Shown here piece by piece: positions 1-13,289 of a DNA stretch of 64,000 nt; position 1 is the first letter of the stretch; each line of letters begins with the position of its first letter. The notes beneath the pieces are model-generated. The model searched no databases, was not told where the DNA came from, and saw only the letters and a list, made by a program, of their open reading frames with translations. Source of the DNA: Octopus sinensis (lineage: Eukaryota); contig NC_043007.1 in assembly GCF_006345805.1 (NCBI RefSeq), positions 10,292,001 to 10,356,000 on the forward strand, in the 5' to 3' direction. The translations under genes were made by a program, and so were the position numbers.

Positions 1-513
1 ACACACATTCACACATACACATTCACATATATACAAACTCACACATGCACACACACACACGGATGCACATGTACGCACACACACACACACAAGCATACAG
101 AGAACGTACATACACATAATTTATAATCACAAAGACCCTTTTAGAAAACCAATCAACCGGAACGACCTATAACCTATCCTGCAAGGAAACCAACCCAGCA
201 GAACGACAAGCTTGACCACGGAAGAAAAACGTCATCGATTTTTTAACGAATCAAAATCAGATCTGCTCGCGGAAAAAAAATTTGTAAATACATTTTTTCC
301 AAAAGCATACCATTGCAAGCGGAAGCGACAGTTTAAAGATCTGAGAAACCGTAATTTCCCCCTTTTACACTATTTCAATTCTCATATTGTTTTTTTTTTT
401 TCAGTATGTCTTGTCGCCCACCACTGAAATAAATGAACCTTGTACATTCTAACAAATTAATATGCAGTTTTAATTTCAAACCTACACCTTCTGTTTTGAA
501 CATGATAAGTTAT

Positions 514-597
514 CAACATTGAAACATTTTAATTTAACAACATTGAAACATTTCAGTTTGTCAACATTGAAACATTTTGATTTGTCAACATTGAAAC
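514..597. repeat. 24-bp minisatellite, about 3.5 copies
   Basis: CAACATTGAAAC recurs at 514, 538, 562 and 586 (period 24). Confidence 0.85.
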
Positions 598-672
598 TTA
601 TAACGATGTTTTTCTAATTTTACCCTTTTACCATTGATAAACAAAAAATATTGTTGAAACTAGTTTGGTATA

Positions 673-1470
673 TCTCTCTATATATAAACGGCAGTTTGTC
701 TGTCTGTGTGTCTGTGTGTCTGTCAGGTTGTACCCTCACTCTGACCACGGCTTTCAACCGGTTCTGATGAAACTTGACACACACATAGCCCAATGTCATA
801 ATTCAAAACTAACGCAGCGAAAATTTTGAATAGTTCCCCCAGTTCTGAAAATAATCGATAAATTCGACATGGGGTCGAGAATCTAAGCTTTTTATATGCA
901 ACACATTTTCTGTTGTAGTTTTCACAACTTGCAATTGATTTTGACCAAACTCATGGTGAAGCTTAATGTTACCCTAAGAAACTTAATTCTGATGTTAGTT
1001 TTCCATGCAATACCTTACCATCAGAAAAAATCGATAAAATCATGCCATTTTGGGAAATCGCGTTCAAATTCAAGATGACATCTTTTCGACAATATCTTTC
1101 ACAAATTGGCAGGAATTTTTTTTTAAATTCACAGCGAGCATCATGTCTGCTCCAAGGAGCTATATGGCCCTTTTTATTCCAATAGGTTACTTTATTACTG
1201 CAAAAAATCGGTTAATTAAATCATATGTGGCACACATAGCAAACCGATTTGTGTATTAAACACAAACTGTCTAGGGGACACAACTCGACCTTTTTATCGC
1301 CCAAAGGGACAGCTAGGAACATTCGTATACACAGAAGTATTCGAGTGAAGAGAAGACATTGCAACCTACACATGCGCCTTCGTTCCCTTGACGGAAAGGA
1401 CCAGATTGGGATTAGTCGTTGCCTACTAGGGGCTCTTACATACCCGGGCAACGCCGGGCTATGCTGCTAG
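673..1470 (+). mobile_element. Non-autonomous Helitron
   Basis: 5' A|TC followed by TATATATAAA and (GTCT/GT)n; 3' hairpin CCCGG-GCAACG-CCGGG then CTAG|T at 1467-1471; remnant of RepHel C-terminus (RNI-VYTEVFE*) near 1315-1348. Confidence 0.8.
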
Positions 1471-1549
1471 TATGTAAATAAATGTATTTTAAACATTTAC
1501 GAGTTTTTGAAATTTAAGTGCCTTTTCAAAGACACATTTTCCTATATAT

Positions 1550-2614
1550 GTTGCTTCCTTTCAGCACGTAAAAAGCACCATCCGAACGTGGCCGATTGCA
1601 GCGCCGCCTTGACTGGCTTCTCTGCCGGTGGCACGTAAAAAGCACCAACCGATCGTTGCCGCTGCAAACCCCCCTGGCACCTGTGCCGGCGGCACGAAAA
1701 AACCACCCACTACGCTCACAGAGTGGTTGGCGTTAGGAAGGTCATCCACCTGTAGAAACACTGCCAGATCAGACTGGAACCTGGTGCAGCCTCCTGGCTT
1801 CCCAGACCCCGGTCAAACTGTCCAACCCGTGCTAGCACGGAAAACGGACGTTAAGCGATGATGATGATTCTCCCTCTTTGTTTCTCTCTCTTTTCTCTCT
1901 CACTTTCCCCACTCTCTTACTCTTCCTTTCTCTCGGACTCTCCCTCGCTTTCTCTTACTCTCTATCTTTATCTATCTCTCTCCCATTTATAAACAACAAA
2001 AGATCTTGAGTAAGTTGAGAAAAAAAGTATTTAGAAAGATCAATCATAAATATCAGGCAGTAACAACGGAAAGGTCTGCTTCAAGGCAGACAGCAAAACA
2101 CTAACATTTAAAAGGGACAGACGAACTTGCGAGCTGAATAAAAATAATAAAATATTGGAAACCAAAGTTTGAAGGGATAGAATCTGAGGATAGTAGAGTC
2201 ACCATGGCTGGCATTTCTTAACGACGGACAGCAACGTTTTGACAGTTTAACGGCTGGCGTAAAATTTTGAACTTGATGTAAAAGAAAATTCATAAACACC
2301 AATTTTTGAAGTAATTCTTTCTTACGACAGTAGACTCACGATGGCAAGCATTCAAAACTTCTTCATCATGGACGGCAACACATTGACGGTTAAAAGGCTG
2401 GCGCAAATTTTTTAGTTTGATGTAACAGAGAATTCCAGCCCCATTTAGACCCCTTTTCACATTTTGGTTAATATAACCCGATTTCATTCGGGTCTACTGG
2501 GGCCACATTTTATAAGATGAGGAATTTTGTCCTAGAGGTCACGCGTTTCATTTGAGCACTTTTAACATAGGTGTGCATATTTTCAGCTGAACCGACCGAC
2601 CACATAATGCACAC

Positions 2615-2710
<96 letters not shown>

Positions 2711-3466
2711 GGAGTGTCTCTCATACGTGAGCGTTGACGCTGAATTCGACTGGTAAGCAGGTAACCGTGTCTTTGTTGAAATAGTTGTGAGCTGCTGGAG
2801 TTATTTCTCTGACGGGTAATAGGAATTTCCATATCCTCCGACGAAACGAACTGTTGACCCAGTCAATTAGAATTAATTTTAATAAAATCATCAATTTAAG
2901 AAAAAATAATAAAGTAGTAAAAAATGAAAATTTAGCACGAAAAATTTGCTGGGTTCTAAATAAATTTTAAAATGTAATAGATACGAAAAACCTACGTTAT
3001 CACCAGAACACGAACGCTCGTTGGTGTGTTCTGTTTGTATTTGCTCGATCGGCGCGTTGATAGGCAGACAATAGAATGCGATGGCGAGATTCATAATATT
3101 TGTTGTCATGATTGTGTGTTGGTGGTGGCGATGGTAATTCTCTCTGTGAATGCAGACAGATACATAAAAGAAGGCCGTTTGACGAAGTGAAAATGATGGG
3201 AATGTAGGAAATAGAGTGAGTGAAAAAGTGCTGGGAAGAGAGGAAATAGCGAGAGTGAGTTGAGGAAGACAGATACATTAAAGAACGAGAGTGGACTTGT
3301 CAAAGTGGGTTTTTGGCCCTACCAACGACACCTTTTAAGATAGGGGTTTCTAAGGTAGCCCACGGGCATCGTCACCTCATTTCACATGTCCCTGTAAATT
3401 TCGGAGTCAATCGGACGGGATGTAGTGGCCTTGAAAGCGATCCAAGCGGTCGAAACGCATTTCAGT

Positions 3467-3480
<14 letters not shown>
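1550..3480 (+). repeat. Segment paralogous to 44398-46340 (inside the predicted GPCR2 intron)
   Basis: Colinear high similarity 1550-2620 vs 44398-45530 and 3080-3480 vs 45958-46340, including non-SINE sequence. Confidence 0.85.
1561..1868 (+). mobile_element. SINE-like element with RTE-type 3' tail
   Basis: Ends GGCGTTAGGAAGG...CAACCCGTGCTAGCACGGAAAACGGACGTTAA(GAT)n, an RTE-LINE-like 3' end; internal CACGTAAAAAGCACC repeats; near-identical copy at 44409-44720. Confidence 0.7.
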
Positions 3481-3542
<62 letters not shown>

Positions 3543-3554
<12 letters not shown>

Positions 3555-3750
3555 TTGTGTGTCTGTGTTTGTCCCCCTAGCATTGCTTGACAATGTGTTT
3601 ACGTCACTTAGCAATTCGGCAAAAGAGACCGATAGAATAAGTCCTGGGCTTACAAAGAATAAGTCCCGGGGTCGATTTGCTCGACTAAAGGCGGTGCTCC
3701 AGCATGGCCGCAGTCAAATGACTGAAACAAGTAAAAGAGAGAGTAAAAGA
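3543..3750 (+). mobile_element. 3' half of abundant tRNA-derived SINE (family B)
   Basis: GTCCCC...GGCGGTGCTCCAGCATGGCCGCAGTCAAATGACTGAAACAAGTAAAAGAG tail, repeated many times in the window. Confidence 0.8.
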
Positions 3751-3765
3751 GAGTATATATATATA

Positions 3766-3816
<51 letters not shown>

Positions 3817-3817
<1 letters not shown>

Positions 3818-4872
3818 CACGTATATGTACACATGCATATAAAAATATATGAAAGAAGAGAATAATTATTCATGATGAATATGATAGGGACCGAGAACAA
3901 GCCGATGGTTTTGAGTAGGTAACATACACTGTGAAAGAATGTAAACATTGTTTATTGTGTCTATTTGTGTGCGCGCACACACGCGCGCCTGTGTGTATGC
4001 GTGTGTGTGGGAGGGTGTCTGCTAGCGTTATTTACTATTTGGAGTGGTATTTAAACAAAAGGATATTTCCCCACCGTTTTCTTGTTCTCAGATATATGCT
4101 GTTGATGACAATGGTGATGCAAAGAAACGACGGGATGGGTCGGTGTTTAGTTAATTGCACATAAACATCCGGTTTGTCTACTTAAGGACTAAGTATTTGA
4201 TATTCACCTTCTAAGTCAACAAACTCTTAATTTCACAATACAGAGACTATGGTAATCCCATTTTTTTCAAAAGCCATCAAAACAAGAGTTTGGCAGCTTG
4301 GAATCAGCTCAAGATGGCTGTGGTTGGCAAAAGACCTCATCTGAATCCTTCCACAAGCGAAGAAGTCGAGACAACGACGACACCGTTAATGTCGAACTAA
4401 TGAAGAAGCCATCTTATTCGTTTTAGCTCTTCGTTAATTTGCAAGTGAGAGCGAAATGTTAAGAAGAAATAATCTGTACTAATTCCATGAAATCTGGCTG
4501 TGTGGTTAGTTGCTTGCTTACGAGCCACATGGTTCCGGGTTCAGTCCCACTGCGTGGCACCTTAGGCAAGTGCTTTACATAGCCTCGGGCCGACCAAAGC
4601 CTTGTGAGTTGATTTGGTAGACGGAACTGAAAGAAGCCCGTCGTATATATGTATGTGTGTGTGTGTGTTGCGTGTCTGTGTTTGTCCCCCCCAACAACCG
4701 ATGCTTATGTGTTTACGGTCCCCGTAACTTAGCGGTTCGGTAAAAGGAACCCGATAGTATAAGTACTAGGCTTACATGAATAAGTCCTGGGTAGAGTTGC
4801 TCGACTAAAGCGGTGCTCCAGCATGGCCGCAGTCAAATGACTGAAACAAGTAAAAGAGAGAGTAAAAGAGAG

Positions 4873-4910
<38 letters not shown>

Positions 4911-5975
4911 ATATACACACGTATATGTACACATGCATATAAAAATATGAAAGAAGAGAATAATTATTCATGATGAATATGATAGGGACCGAGAACAAGG
5001 CCGATGGTTTTGAGTAGGGAACATACACTGTGAAAGAATGTAAACATTGTTTATTGTGTCTATTTGTGTGCGCACACGCGCGCCTGTGTGTATGCGTGTG
5101 TGTGGGAGGGTGTCTGCTAGCGTTATTTACTATTTGGAGTGGTATTTAAACAAAAGGATAATTTTCCACCGTTTTCTTGTTCTCAGATATATGCTGTTGA
5201 TGACAATGGTGATGCAAAAAACGACGGGATGGGTCGGTGTTTAGTTAATTGCACATAAACATTCCGGTTTGTCTACTTAAGGACTAAGTATTTGATATTC
5301 ATCCTTCTAAGTCAACAAACTCTTAATTTCACAATACAGAGACTATGGTAAATCCCATTTTTTTCAAAAGCCATCAAAACAAGAGGTTTGGCAGCTTGGA
5401 ATCAGCTCAAGATGGCTGTGGTTGGCAAAAGACCTCAGCTGGAATCCTTCCACAAGCGAAGAAGTCGAGGACAACGACGACACCGTTAATGTCGAACTAA
5501 TGAAGAAGCCATCTTATTCGTTTTAGCTCTTCGTTTAATTTGCAAGTGAGAGCGAAATGTTTAAAAGAGTAATCTGTACTAATTCCATGAAATCTGGCTG
5601 TGTGGTAAGTTGCTTGCTTACGAGCCACATGGTTCCGGGTTCAGTCCCACTGCGTGGTACCTTAGGCAAGTGCCTTGTACTATAGCCTCGGGCCGACCAA
5701 AGCCTTGTGAGTTGATTTGGTAGACGGAAACTGAAAGAAGCCCGTCGTATATATGTATGTGTGTGTGTGTGTTTGCGTGTCTGTGTTTGTCCCCCCCAAC
5801 AACCGATGCTTATGTGTTTACGTCCCCGTAACTTAGCGGTTCGGTAAAAGGAACCCGATAGTATAAGTACTAGGCTTACAATGAATAAGTCCTGGGGTAG
5901 AGTTGCTCGACTAAAGGCGGTGCTCCAGCATGGCCGCAGTCAAATGACTGAAACAAGTAAAAGAGTAAAAAAAAG
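3817..5975 (+). repeat. Direct tandem duplication, period 1100 bp
   Basis: ACACGTATATGTACACATGC at 3817 and 4917; the copies differ mainly by single-base homopolymer indels. Confidence 0.9.
4495..4872 (+). mobile_element. Full-length tRNA-derived SINE (family B)
   Basis: Pol III box A/B-like head TGGCTGTGTGG...GGTTCAGTCCC, CCTTAGGCAAGTG core-like segment, internal (TG)n, family tail. Confidence 0.8.
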
Positions 5976-5985
5976 AGTAAAGAGA
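5595..5985 (+). mobile_element. Full-length tRNA-derived SINE (family B), duplicate of 4495-4872
   Basis: Same head, core and tail, 1100 bp downstream. Confidence 0.8.
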
Positions 5986-6064
5986 GTGTGAATATAGAGT
6001 GCATTCGATGTAGTTATTACTTAAAAATTCATAGAAAATCAAACTAAACAATTCGGAACTATTC

Positions 6065-6290
6065 TTTTACTTGTTTTAGCCACCATTTTGACTGCGGCCA
6101 TGCTGGAGCACCACCTTAAAGAGTTTTAGTTGAAGAAATCGACCTCGGGATTTATTCTTTGTAAGCCTAGTATTTATTGTATCGGTCTCTTTTGCCGAAC
6201 CACTAAGTTACTAGTACTTAAACACAGCAACATCGGTTGTCAAGTGATAGTGGGGAGACAAACACAGATAAATACACAAGTATATACATA
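6065..6290 (-). mobile_element. SINE family B tail, reverse orientation
   Basis: Reverse complement of the GCTCCAGCATGGCCGCAGTCAAA tail. Confidence 0.75.
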
Positions 6291-6293
6291 TAC

Positions 6294-6545
6294 GTGGAGG
6301 CACATGGCTTAGTGGTTAGGGTTTTAGCATCATGATCGTAAGATTGTGGTTTCGATTCCTGGACCGGGCGACGCATTGTGTTCTTGAGCAAAACACTTCA
6401 TTTCACGTTACTCCAGTCCACTCAGCTGGCAAAAATGAGTAACGCTGCGATAGACTGACATCCCGTCCAGCTGGGGAACACTTACGCCATAGAAACCGGG
6501 AAACCGGGCCCATGACCTTGGCTAGGCTTTAAAAGGGCGCATTTA
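6294..6545 (+). mobile_element. tRNA-derived SINE (family D)
   Basis: Box A TGGCTTAGTGG, box B GTTTCGATTCC, then TGTGTTCTTGAGCAAAACAC and GTCCACTCAGCTGGCAAAAATGAGT body shared with 47838 and 61605. Confidence 0.75.
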
Positions 6546-6814
6546 TTATTTTTTTTACATACATAAAAAAATACATATAAAAATACCTTGTAGTTGATGA
6601 TGAAATTCCAGTGATGTAGCCTTGGATCAAAGTTAGAAACTGGCTCTTTCTCTATCGGCAAGAAATACATATACATATACACGACAGACTTCTTTCAGTT
6701 TCCGTCTACGAAATCCACTCACAAGACTTTGGTCGGCCCGAGGCTACTGTCAGAGAGAGAAGGAGAATGAAGAGACTCACTTACCCTATTTCTGTCGTTC
6801 TTATCATTCTTATG

Positions 6815-7035
6815 TATGTGTGTGTGTGTGTTTGCGTGTCTGTGTTTGTCCCCCCCAACAACCGATGCTTATGTGTTTACGTCCCCGTCACCTAGCGGTT
6901 CGGCAAAAAGAGACCGATAGAATAAGTACTGGGCTTACAAAAAGAATAAGTCCCGGGGTCGAGTTGCTCGACTAAAGGCGGTGCTCTAGCATGGCCGCAG
7001 TCAAATGACTGAAACAAGTAAAAGAGTAAAAGAGA
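6815..7035 (+). mobile_element. SINE family B 3' half
   Basis: Same tail as 3543-3750. Confidence 0.8.
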
Positions 7036-7520
7036 GAGAGAGAGAGACGTTTAAAAATTGAAATGAAAAAAAAACTGCCTATTTTTAGCCAATAATGAAA
7101 CAGAAATTATCTGTGTTGAAGTGGCGTCAACTTTAAGGTTGTAATCTGTAAAATTTATACTTTAACATCCAACTCGAATACTATATAACACATGAAAGAT
7201 CAATTTTCAAAATTTTTACTTCCTTTAAAGAATCCAGATTTTGTAAGTGAAACGGACGAGATCCCACATAAATATGTATACATACATTCATATAATATAT
7301 TTGAAAACTTTGACAAGAACTGAAGACTGGGCTAAGCTATAAATTATGTATACATACATTCATATATATATATATATATATATATATTAAGGTATGTAGA
7401 AAAATACAACATGGACAAGAACGTATAACTCATAGAAGACGATACAATAAACATGGACAGGACATTCGAACCCCTCAGTCTTCAGTCAAGAACCGGATCA
7501 TCGTAGTAATTTCGGCTGAT

Positions 7521-7551
<31 letters not shown>

Positions 7552-8010
7552 TTGCTAGTGTTTGTTTTTTCTTTACTTTTGTTTACTTATACACATCAAC
7601 AAATGAACCAAAGTTGTTTCATTTGCTAGAAATAACAGCCAGATCTCCCTCATACTATGCCCTTGTTGGTATTAAGGAAAGGAGGAAAATGTTTACTTCT
7701 TTCCATCATTTCGATTAAAATTAATTTGATTTTGTCCGGTTCTATGAATTTAATTTTTTTAATGCTTCCATCCATTGCTTGATACAAGAAAAAAGAAATT
7801 GGAAAAATGCTGGCCAAAACAGAGAAATTCTAACAAAAAAATATAGAAAGACAAAGAAAAGGTTCTGTTTTCCAAAGCCAAAAGATGTGTTTATAGTTGA
7901 GGTGTAATTTTATAATTAAAACAAATTCAACATTTAAATTTCGGAACATAAGACTTACCACGTTATCTGATGCATGACCGCAGTTCAAATGAATACAAAA
8001 CTTAAAACAA

Positions 8011-8058
<48 letters not shown>

Positions 8059-8764
8059 TCGGGCCTTTAATAACCAGGGATCAATTTAAGTTCAATAACA
8101 GAAAGCAATTCAAAACGGTAACACACGCAATCATATACATACAGACATACTCATACATACACACACACATACACAAACATATACCTATCAGCCACTCCCA
8201 AAAGCCAGCTTCATCCAAAATTCTGACCACTACACACACATACACACACATTCAGCTTTTCGCTTTTATTCATTGCACTTTTCTTCTTTTAATCGTCTGT
8301 CACTATTCATCTGTTTTTGTTTTGAGGGTTTCACTTTAGCGACACCAGTTACACATAGTACCAGGAATTTGCTTGGTGCTGCTAAAGGGGAAAAAGTGTT
8401 TTTTTAAGTTTTTGAAAATTTGAAGTAAAAAAGCATGGTTTAAAGGCTGTCGTTGCATTTTCTTTGCCAAATGATTTTACACTCAGACCAGTCTCAGGCA
8501 CTTTTCGATCTGGGCCTGCGTCGCTATCTCCAGTCTCTTTACCATAATCGAAATATATTTATATATAATGTTTTTTTTTCTTAGCGTTTTCTTGTACTTC
8601 GTCCTCTGTGTTACGGAAGACTGTTCTGCTATTCTTCGTTAAGTACGGCTTAACGTCACTCAATATTTTTTCAGTTAACTCAACTTCTTCAATTTTCCGA
8701 CAGGCAAAATTGTTCTCATTCTATATAGAAAAAAAGAACGGCCACTGTTGTCGTTTTATTAATA

Positions 8765-8987
8765 CTGTAATCCCTCGACTTTCGCGGGTTTTACGTTCCA
8801 AACCTCCCCGCGATGGGGGAAAATCCTTGAAGTATAAACAGTACTGTATTGTATATTTATTTGCATTATTTGTATAATTTGTATATATTTATTTTATTAT
8901 AAATACAAAACAACACCATGGAGAAATCGACGTAAGCTTAAATAGCAAACCGCGATAAGTGAACCGCGATATGGTGAAGGATTATTG
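8765..8987. mobile_element. Tc1/mariner (Tigger/pogo-type) MITE
   Basis: Imperfect TIRs CTGTAATCCCTCGACTTTCGCGG / CCGCGATATGGTGAAGGATTATTG flanked by TA at 8763-8764 and 8988-8989; about 220 bp, non-coding. Confidence 0.75.
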
Positions 8988-9124
8988 TATTTGTTTTGAT
9001 GGTGGCGATAGTAGTGGTGGTGGTGGTGGTTGCGCCTGCGTCATTCAAAAATATATCTTGCTCGTTGTTGCTGCTGTTGGTTCTATTGTTGTTGTTGTTG
9101 CTGTCATGGCTGTTGCTGTATTTG

Positions 9125-9503
9125 TTGTTGCTGCTTGTTTGTTTGTTGAGCGAAGCAGTCTTCGTTCTCTTGGGAGAAGTCCGAAACGTGGTCCTTTGCT
9201 ATTCGTAAGATCCGCAGAAGAGAAAGCAGGCCAACCCCCGACACCGAGAGCATCGACAGATGGATGAATGCGCATCCAGGCTCAGCGGTTGCGTAGGAAG
9301 TCGGGGACAAGAAACAGGAAGAAAGAGTGAGAGAAAGTTGGGGCGAAAGAGTACAACAGGGGTCGCCCCCCCCCCTCGCACTGCCGGAGCCTCGTGGAGC
9401 TTTAGGTGTTTTCGCTCAATAAACACACAACGTCTGGTCTGGGAATCGAAACCGCGATCCTCCGCCCGTGAGTCCACTGCCCTAACCATTGGGCCATTGC
9501 GCC
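9125..9503 (-). mobile_element. tRNA-derived SINE (family C)
   Basis: Minus-strand head GGCGCAATGGCCCAATGGTTAGGGC...GGTTTCGATTCCC; plus-strand sister copy at 54763. Confidence 0.75.
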
Positions 9504-9856
9504 GCCACTGTTGTTGCTGCTGCTGTCTGCGCTTCGTTTTCGACCACATCAACTAGTGGTGGGAAAATAACGTCATAGTGGCTGTTCCAACAGTCAACGC
9601 TTCCCTCGATTTAGGAAGCCATTTGAACATTTTTTTGTTTTAAGTTATGAAAGTTTCAATTTTAAATCTCAAAATTTTCCCATTTAAGGTGTGAATTCGC
9701 GTCTGACCAGCTCGTCACTCTTGCAGCTAGTTGAGTTATTTAGTTAGATGCTCAACAAAATATGGAATACCGGCTAATAAAAAGCAAATTTTCAAGAAAA
9801 CTTACGATCCACGAACAAGCGTCCTCTTACTCCAGACACACAAAAAAAAAAAAAAA

Positions 9857-11915
9857 ATAATAATAATAATAATAATAGTGATAATAATAATAATAATTTC
9901 TTTTATGGGCCACAAGGGTTAATATAAAGATACATTAAAGGACCCGACAGGACGATACAAAGGGCTTTAGAGACGAACGAAAATTGCCTTCTGCTCACGG
10001 TTAAAGGAAGCCGGCGAGGCAATCTTCATTATGTCCTACACGCGACAGCAGCTATTCGATATAAACCCACATGTCAGAAATGCTAGGGCACTGGACGAGT
10101 GTGTGCAGAACGGTTTCGTCGCTCTGAGAACACCTCGGGCAGGCCCAGCTGACAGCACTTTCGTGCCTGTAAAGTTTTTCCCGAACGGGCAGATTTATCC
10201 ATAGGCCCTGGCCCGAAATTTCTTCGAAACGGACTAGTAAGTTGATCCTCGTCGACGCCTAGAGTTTCTCCGAGAACGTTGTCGCACTTTTCCTCCACTA
10301 AGCCTCTATAGAACGCTAGAGTGAAACTAGTACCGATCGCATTGCCGCCTGGTGGGGGTCAAAGTGCCCTTCCTCGGTCTACGTTTAATCCAGGATTGCA
10401 GCTTAGTCAAAGAGACGAGCTGTGGAACTCTGACAAACGGCGATCACACCTGCTCACCGTCCAGGAAACACTGGAGACGCCGAAGCCTGAGCGTATGTCT
10501 GCGTATCAGTAACCACGGCATGCCCAGCCCTCCATCCAGCGGCCGTTGACAGCATATGGAACGCTTGACCAGTGGAACGTGCCCCTTTCACAGAAAGCGG
10601 AAGAGTTAGTGCACCAGCTTGGTCAACTAGTAGTGGGGCAAAGGACGACGGTCAAGCGGTAATAGATAGTGGATGAGATGTACGCATTCGCTACCTCGGC
10701 TCGACGTTTCAGGGACAGCTTCCTCTCGGCCCATTTGTGGGTCAGATTGGCCACCTTTCTCGTCACCTCGTCTCAGTTTTTCTCCACCTGGAGGTCCGAA
10801 CCGAGCCAGACCCCAAGCAATTTAACCGGACCGTCTGTCCAGCACCCGACGACGCTGTTGGACGGCATGGACTTGCTTCTCCAGGTGCCGAGTTGCAAGC
10901 CCACTGACTTTTCCGCCTTAATTTTTGCTCCTCTCACAGTTTCATATTCTTTTAATGTGTCGCCAATCAGGTCTACATATCTCTGACTCGACAGTATCAC
11001 GGTGACATCATCGGCGTAAGCAGACATGCTTCTCCCACACTCTAGCTCAAAGTCCCCAACTTCTGCAGCAATGGCTGAAGAGTCAGTACATACAGAAGGG
11101 AAGAGAGAGGGCACCCTTGACGGACTGAGCGCAAAATGCTGAATGGTTCTGAAAGGAGACCATTCACCCGAACAACCGAGCAGGTGCCGCTGTACAAAGC
11201 AGCATTCAACCACAGAAAACCGGACCGACACAGGCTGCCCTGAGAACAGCTGCCAAGTATTGATGGTCGACCCTATGATATAAATTGATCAAAGCCCTAC
11301 CCATGCCAGCTTCGTTACCCACCTTCTCTATGATGAAGCGCATGAAGTGGAGGTTGTCGTGAATAGTCTCGGTTGGGACAATGCATGTTTGCGCCTTGCC
11401 AATCAGCTTGTCCACGACAAGCGCCAAACTCTTGGCTAAAGCTTTGGCCAAAATCTTCAACTCTACATTGAGCGGAATGATGGGCCTTAAATTCTCTTAT
11501 AACGTCCTTTTTGTTTGAGTCTTTTCCCAGCTGTACCACCACCATTCGACACACAAAAGTGGGGATTCTCTCATTTTGTTGCCAGTTGAGGTTGACGTCT
11601 GCTAAGAAGCCCGCAAACAAGTCTTGCATTGAACTATAAAGCTCGTAGGGCAGACCATCCAAACCCGGTGATCTGCTTTTTTGTGCAACTTTTCATTGCT
11701 TCATGTACTTCCCAGGCTGTTATCGGTCTTTCGCAGCACTCCGCCTCGCTGGCCGAGAGTCGTGGCAGGCCGTCCAGGTAGACACTGAAGTCACTCTCAT
11801 TATGCATCCCACCACCACTCGATCCGAACAGTTGAGCAAAGCGCTGCTGAAAGGCCGCACACAACGAATTACAAGCATCTTCCACGCTGCAATAGTTTTT
11901 GCTTCAGCACACGAT
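9857..11915 (-). mobile_element. Degenerate L1/Tx1-like non-LTR retrotransposon, RT region to 3' end
   Basis: Fragmented frames give DGLPYELY, KILAKALAK..L..VVDKLIGKAQTC, IHDNLH and catalytic YADDVTV; frameshifts and stops; simple-repeat tail near 9857-9897. Confidence 0.85.
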
Positions 11916-12459
11916 CACGGATTAAGTCATTTGCTACATCTCTGTAGTTTCTTAGATACAATAGTTTAATCATTTAGAAATATCTTTAAGTGAAGGTGAT
12001 TTAAAAAATTTAAATTGTTTGTACAGTAAGTATTTATATTTTAACAGATAATATTTTAATGTTTTTCTAAATTATTTTCAAGTAAATACCATTACAAAAA
12101 TTATTTTTGCTATATTTGAAAAACTATCTTAAAGTGAAAATGACTTTAAAAATATGGCAAATATTTCGTAAAAGACGCGTTCGTAACCTCGGTGTGAAAC
12201 AGTTTTTTTTCCATAGATTTGACTGCTATTTCTAGCAAACCCTGCTACCACATAACAGCTATTTGCGATAAAGGACCCGAAATACTTGTTACATGGTAGC
12301 AGGGCGTGCAAGAAATAGTAGCCAAATATTTCCTTTTATGGGGAAAGGAGCCGTTTACGCGTGGTTTCGAAGTAATATTCTTTGAAAGCATGCGAAATAA
12401 CCTGGAAAAGAAAGAAAAAAACCCACGAAACACAGTTGCTGGGAACTCAGAGTTTCCCG

Positions 12460-12492
12460 GTGACCCGAACCAACGGGTCACGAGCAGTCTAG
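12460..12492 (+). mobile_element. Helitron 3' terminus
   Basis: Hairpin GTGACCCG-AACCAA-CGGGTCAC followed by CTAG|T; 5' end not located. Confidence 0.7.
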
Positions 12493-12579
<87 letters not shown>

Positions 12580-13289
12580 ATGTCTGAGTGTGTGCGCGCG
12601 CACGTGTGTATAATAAAGAATTTTAATACGAGAAGCTGGAATAAAGGAACGATTTTATTACAAATCCCTACAATTGTTTCAGCTCATCAGTATTAGCTGG
12701 TAGATGCTGAAAGTTACATATATCATTACATATTATTGCATTTACATGATCCAACGATAGCTGCATACAAGCATGGCTTGAGGTGAGTAGAGTCCAAAGC
12801 TCTGCTAGATGATGTTTAGTTTCTCTCGGCTTTATATCCATACCACTATGTTATTACGAAACGGCCTTTCTTTTATGCGTGTTTTATTAAATACTCGATT
12901 ATATCGAAGCTTTATCTTTTTTATTTTATACTTTTCATATTTATTAGCTCTCCACTGCTGGTTTGGAAGAGTAGAGTACGTAAATCCACATCCGAAGTTT
13001 CCGGACCTTCACAACATCATTATCAAGAATTGAATATATTTGGCGTTTGTTTTCTTTTTTTATATACTGATTAAATTGGTGTTGACTTTCTCGCCATAGT
13101 TTTTTGAGCATTAGAATATATTATATACGTAAATGACAGAAGAAGATATGATTTATTTTGTGACCAACTGATTATCAATGGAAAATTATATAAAATTTAT
13201 TTATGAATATTCTTTGATTATAAAAGGGGTATAAAAAAGAAATAATTCAGTTTTATGTAAATGTTCTTTTCTACTCTGAGCACAAGGAC

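Noticed and set aside
514-597. CRISPR-like or other spacer-repeat array (also 13372-13880)
   Set aside because: Units are contiguous with no unique spacers, the context is eukaryotic, and no cas genes are present.
3817-5975. 1100-bp tandem duplication as a biological event (likewise the 396-bp repeat at 46347-47230)
   Set aside because: Differences are almost all single-base homopolymer indels, the signature of uncorrected long-read error; likely a false duplication unless reads confirm it.
7455-7500. Additional hammerhead-like cores on the minus strand (CTGAAGA...GAATGTC here; CTGATGAGCTGAAAC near 12675-12690)
   Set aside because: Stems I and II cannot be formed convincingly; at most heavily decayed Penelope-like ends.
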